From assembly GCA_965113315.1 (NCBI GenBank), contig OZ220368.1: a DNA stretch of 64,000 nucleotides, one strand, 5' to 3'. The position numbers and the translations under genes were made by a program. The DNA comes from Podarcis vaucheri. Taxonomy: Eukaryota. This document shows, piece by piece, positions 60,681 through 64,000 of the stretch; position 1 is the stretch's first letter, and each line of letters opens with the position of its first letter. The notes beneath the pieces were generated by a model. The model was not told the origin of the DNA. It was given only the letters and a program-made list of their open reading frames with translations, and searched no databases.

Positions 60681-61828
60681 AATATTGATATTATCAAAAT
60701 AGATGTATTATTATTTCTAATGCACTTCTATAACTATCATTTCCCCCCTCCCCCCTCAACCTACTGTATTTTATATAAATGAGTTCCAAACTTCATTATA
60801 CTTGGTCATGAAACGTCTCCATCTATAAGCAATCCGCCTTGAGTCCATTGAATAAATGGAGCTGTACATTTATTGTCCCAGCATAGCAGTATCAGTCTTT
60901 TGGCCATAGTGAGGGCACAGAGATATGTAGCCCCGTTGTCAAATTCCCTATAGCTCAAAAGAATATTATCCTTTTAAAATGTTTGCCTTTTTTCGCACAG
61001 AGGCAGAGAGTCTTCAAGGCTTGGGAGAACCCTGTCTTGTATTGTGTTGCAATATTGCAGCGATAACACTTAATTTTGCAATTAATACGTTTCATTCTAC
61101 TGCATTGCCGTTCCAACCTAATTGCCAACTTAATCTCAGAGCAATTTCAAAAACCATGGCACTCAAATAAAGTATTTGGAGACTCGGGATCTCTGGGTGC
61201 TTTTTAAGGGTGAATGGAGAGTAGGACAGGCAAATATTCAGATATATTCTGCTTGATTCACACTTTCTAGGCACAGGGGTAAGTGGTTCTCCCGTTGTCC
61301 TGCTCCTTTCCCAGGGAAAACCCACTCTTTAGTGATAAATTGGAACAAATGGCAATCCATAGGAAACCCGAATTGCCGTTTGCTCCGATTGAGCACTTAA
61401 GAGCAGTTTTCCCCCGAGGTAAGCAGCGGCGCAAGAGGAACTGTAGATAGGCACAAAGAGTGAGCAGGGGGAAAGGGGTGTTCAGAGGCTTTTCAGAGGG
61501 TGCTCTCCACTTTACGCAATTTCATTTATGGGGTGGGCAATATAACCCCATGTAAGTGAGGCAACACCTATATTCAAAGGTGTTGATATCCATGATTGCC
61601 TTTTAATAGCCTGTTACTTTGACATAAACTAGAAAGAGGTGCTTCCAAGCTTCTCCAGGTGATTTTCTTGAGCATCCATCCAGATTTTCTTGCATAAAGC
61701 TTGCACAGAGGTTAGATAGTGTGCAGTCTATATAGAGCAATCATTCTGATTTGTTTCGGGGTGGTATTTACATGACCATGGCTACTCATCTTGATTTGCT
61801 TGCATGGAAGTTTTGCACTTTCCCATTA

Positions 61829-62068
61829 TAGTTGTACCTTGGATCCCGAACGCCTTGCAAGTCGAACATTTTGACTCCTGAAGGCCACAAACCCAGAAGT
61901 GAGTGTTCCGGTTTGCGAACGTTCTTTGGAACCCGAACGCCTGATGTTGCTTCCGCGGCTTCCGATTGGCTGCAGGAGTTTCCTGCAGCCAATCAGAAGC
62001 TGCGCCTTGGTTTTGGAAGTCAAACGGACTTCCGGAACAGATTCTGTTCGACTTCCGAGGTATGACTG
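61829..62068. mobile_element. Tigger-like MITE
   Basis: TA-tagttgtaccttgga...tccgaggtatgactg-TA; repeated cgaac subterminal motifs. Confidence 0.82.
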
Positions 62069-62384
62069 TAATTGGTTGGTTAGCCCACAGTTTTTTAGTC
62101 TATATTTCCCTGTCACTTTCCTAACTGCAAAAGAAATGTGTTGCTTCTTTTGAAGTTGATTTGTTGTGCCAGAGCATTTCAACTGCGCAAACCTAAATTT
62201 CCAGTGTGCAACTGAATCCTTTCTGCAAAACATTGACAGTCTGGAGGCGACTCCAGATGCAGAAATAGTGGGGAGCACTGCATCCTTCACCTTGCCTTGG
62301 GAAATGTACAGTACATCTAAAGGTTTTCCTTTCCTGTCCCTGTTGTTCACAGTGCAGCATCTAAAAGGATTTGGGAATCAAAGT

Positions 62385-62448
62385 AGATAGAGATAGAGAT
62401 AGAGATAGAGATAGAGATAGAGATAGAGATAGAGATAGAGATAGAGAT
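62385..62448. repeat. (AGAGAT)n microsatellite
   Basis: About 10 perfect hexamer units. Confidence 0.97.
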
Positions 62449-62944
62449 CCTTTTAAAATTCTTTCTATAAACTGCCATCCTTTTTCTCGGAGGCTGATTT
62501 TAAAGAATGTGCACTTTAAAAGAAACAAACAAATGGAAACCTGAGCAAAATCTCACCCGTTTTCAATGTCAAGCTGTAGCCGTACTTCCAAGTTGGCAGT
62601 AAACAACCAAGCATCTGCTCAGAACTCGATATTTAGTGGAGTCGTGACAGCTCTCGTCCTCTATTAACTAGTTATACATCATGCATTTCCAGTTTTATCT
62701 AATATCCACAGACATTCCAGGAGCTATTGAAACTGATGTGTGTTGAATTTTGGGGTGGCCCTAGCCGTGACAGGAACCAGAGTGGGAAGCCATTTTTTCT
62801 GATACTGAGGCTCAGTTGTCCCGTGCTCATGGTAGCTTTAAGTGATAACTTGTCTGCATGAACCCAAAGGCCTGGTTCCCAGGTCACTATAAGCTCCAGT
62901 TTGTCTTAAACCATGGTTTAATTGTGAACATACTGCTCCCCTGC

Positions 62945-63265
62945 CGACGCGGGCGGCACTGTAGTCTAAACCACTGAGCTTCTTGGACTTGCCGATCAAA
63001 AGGTTGGCAGTTCGAATGCCCGCGATGGGGTGAGCTCCCACTTCTGTCCCAGCTCCTGCCAGCCTATCCGTTCGAAAGCACGCCAATGCAAGTAGATAAA
63101 TAGGTACTGCTGCGGCAGAAAGGTAAACGGTGTTTCCATGCACTCTGGTTTCTGTCACAGTGTTTCGTTGCGCCAGAAGTGCTTTAGTCATGCTGGCCAC
63201 ATGACCCAGAAAGCTGTCTGCGGATAAACACCAGCTCCTTCGGCCTGAAAGCAAGATGAGTGCTG
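62945..63265 (+). mobile_element. Sauria SINE, 3'-truncated
   Basis: Co-linear with the reverse complement of 59420-59734; tail absent. Confidence 0.9.
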
Positions 63266-63623
63266 AACAGCTTTTCTCCCTGTCTCAGATGTGTGATGGG
63301 CATATGACTCAAATAAGCCAAATTGTGACTTCTCAGCTCATCTGAACCTAGACGGAGACATGTTTGTTTGTTTCGAACAAGCCACAAGTGGCAAGCCAGA
63401 AAAGTTTATGTCTGTATCATAGGCAATCACTTGTTTGAAACAAACAAACTATGGTTTGGGTTCAGATGACATGGCAAGCCATGGTATAGCTTGTCTGAGT
63501 TATGCAGGGACCCTCATAGCAGGGAGGGGCACATTCGTAACCATGGTTCAACACAATTTGCTGCTTATCATGACATGCAACCAAGACCATAATGTCCACT
63601 CAACCACAATGCTTTTCCATTTA

Positions 63624-64000
63624 CAGTGGTGCCTCGCAAGACGAAATTAATTCCGGGGCTTGCGGCGGGAGGAGGGTTTTTCCTCCCCACCGCCAACATT
63701 CAGAACAGCATTCTGAATGTTGGCGGTGGGAAGGAAAACCCTCCTCCCACCGCAAGTCTTCAGGACAGCCATCCGAAGGCTGGTGCGGGGAGAAGGGCTT
63801 TCCGCCCCACTGCCAGCCTTCGGAGCAGCCTTCCGAAGGCTGGTGCGGGGAGAAGGGCTTTCCGCCCCACCGCCAGCCTTCGGAGGAGGTCCGAGGACAG
63901 TGGGGAAGACGCGCTGCGCTTCCCCGCTGTCCCGGAGATTTCCCTATGGGCTTTCGTCTTGCGAAGGAAGCCCATAGGGAAATTCATTTTGCGAAGCGCC
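63624..64000. mobile_element. Tigger-like non-autonomous element running off the window end
   Basis: TA-cagtggtgcctcgcaagacg terminus; GC-rich interior of hairpins and a 60-bp duplication. Confidence 0.8.

Overview
Vertebrate genomic DNA, almost certainly from a squamate and probably a lacertid lizard (inferred from Sauria SINEs, BovB and the MITE set). The window holds two + strand genes in the order known from human 1p21. (1) CDC14A, a dual-specificity phosphatase: 14 coding exons (equivalent to human exons 3-16, 35..43161) were rebuilt by hand. All introns are GT-AG and phase-consistent, giving 1651 coding nt, with the catalytic HCKAGLGR split by an intron and a 3'UTR running to about 45.35 kb. 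Exons 1-2 lie upstream of the window. (2) GPR88, an orphan class A GPCR with a single coding exon (55118..56233, 371 aa). Introns and intergenic DNA are rich in transposons: hAT and Tc1/mariner/Tigger MITEs with visible TIRs and TSDs; L2, CR1, L1 and BovB 3' fragments; Sauria, CORE and tRNA-Lys SINEs; and a Penelope-like end. Best leads: a young hAT element that appears to have captured a CpG-island 5'UTR/first-exon fragment plus a CRE and GC box; an intact minimal hammerhead ribozyme 2.1 kb upstream of GPR88; a compact TATA/NF-kB/heat-shock-element/CCAAT module beside it; a double-CCAAT palindrome shared by two unrelated transposon superfamilies; an intronic-polyA alternative C-terminus of CDC14A; and an inverted SINE pair in the possible long GPR88 3'UTR. 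Gene and repeat family names come from recognition, not database searches. Almost all ORFs in the supplied track are spurious.
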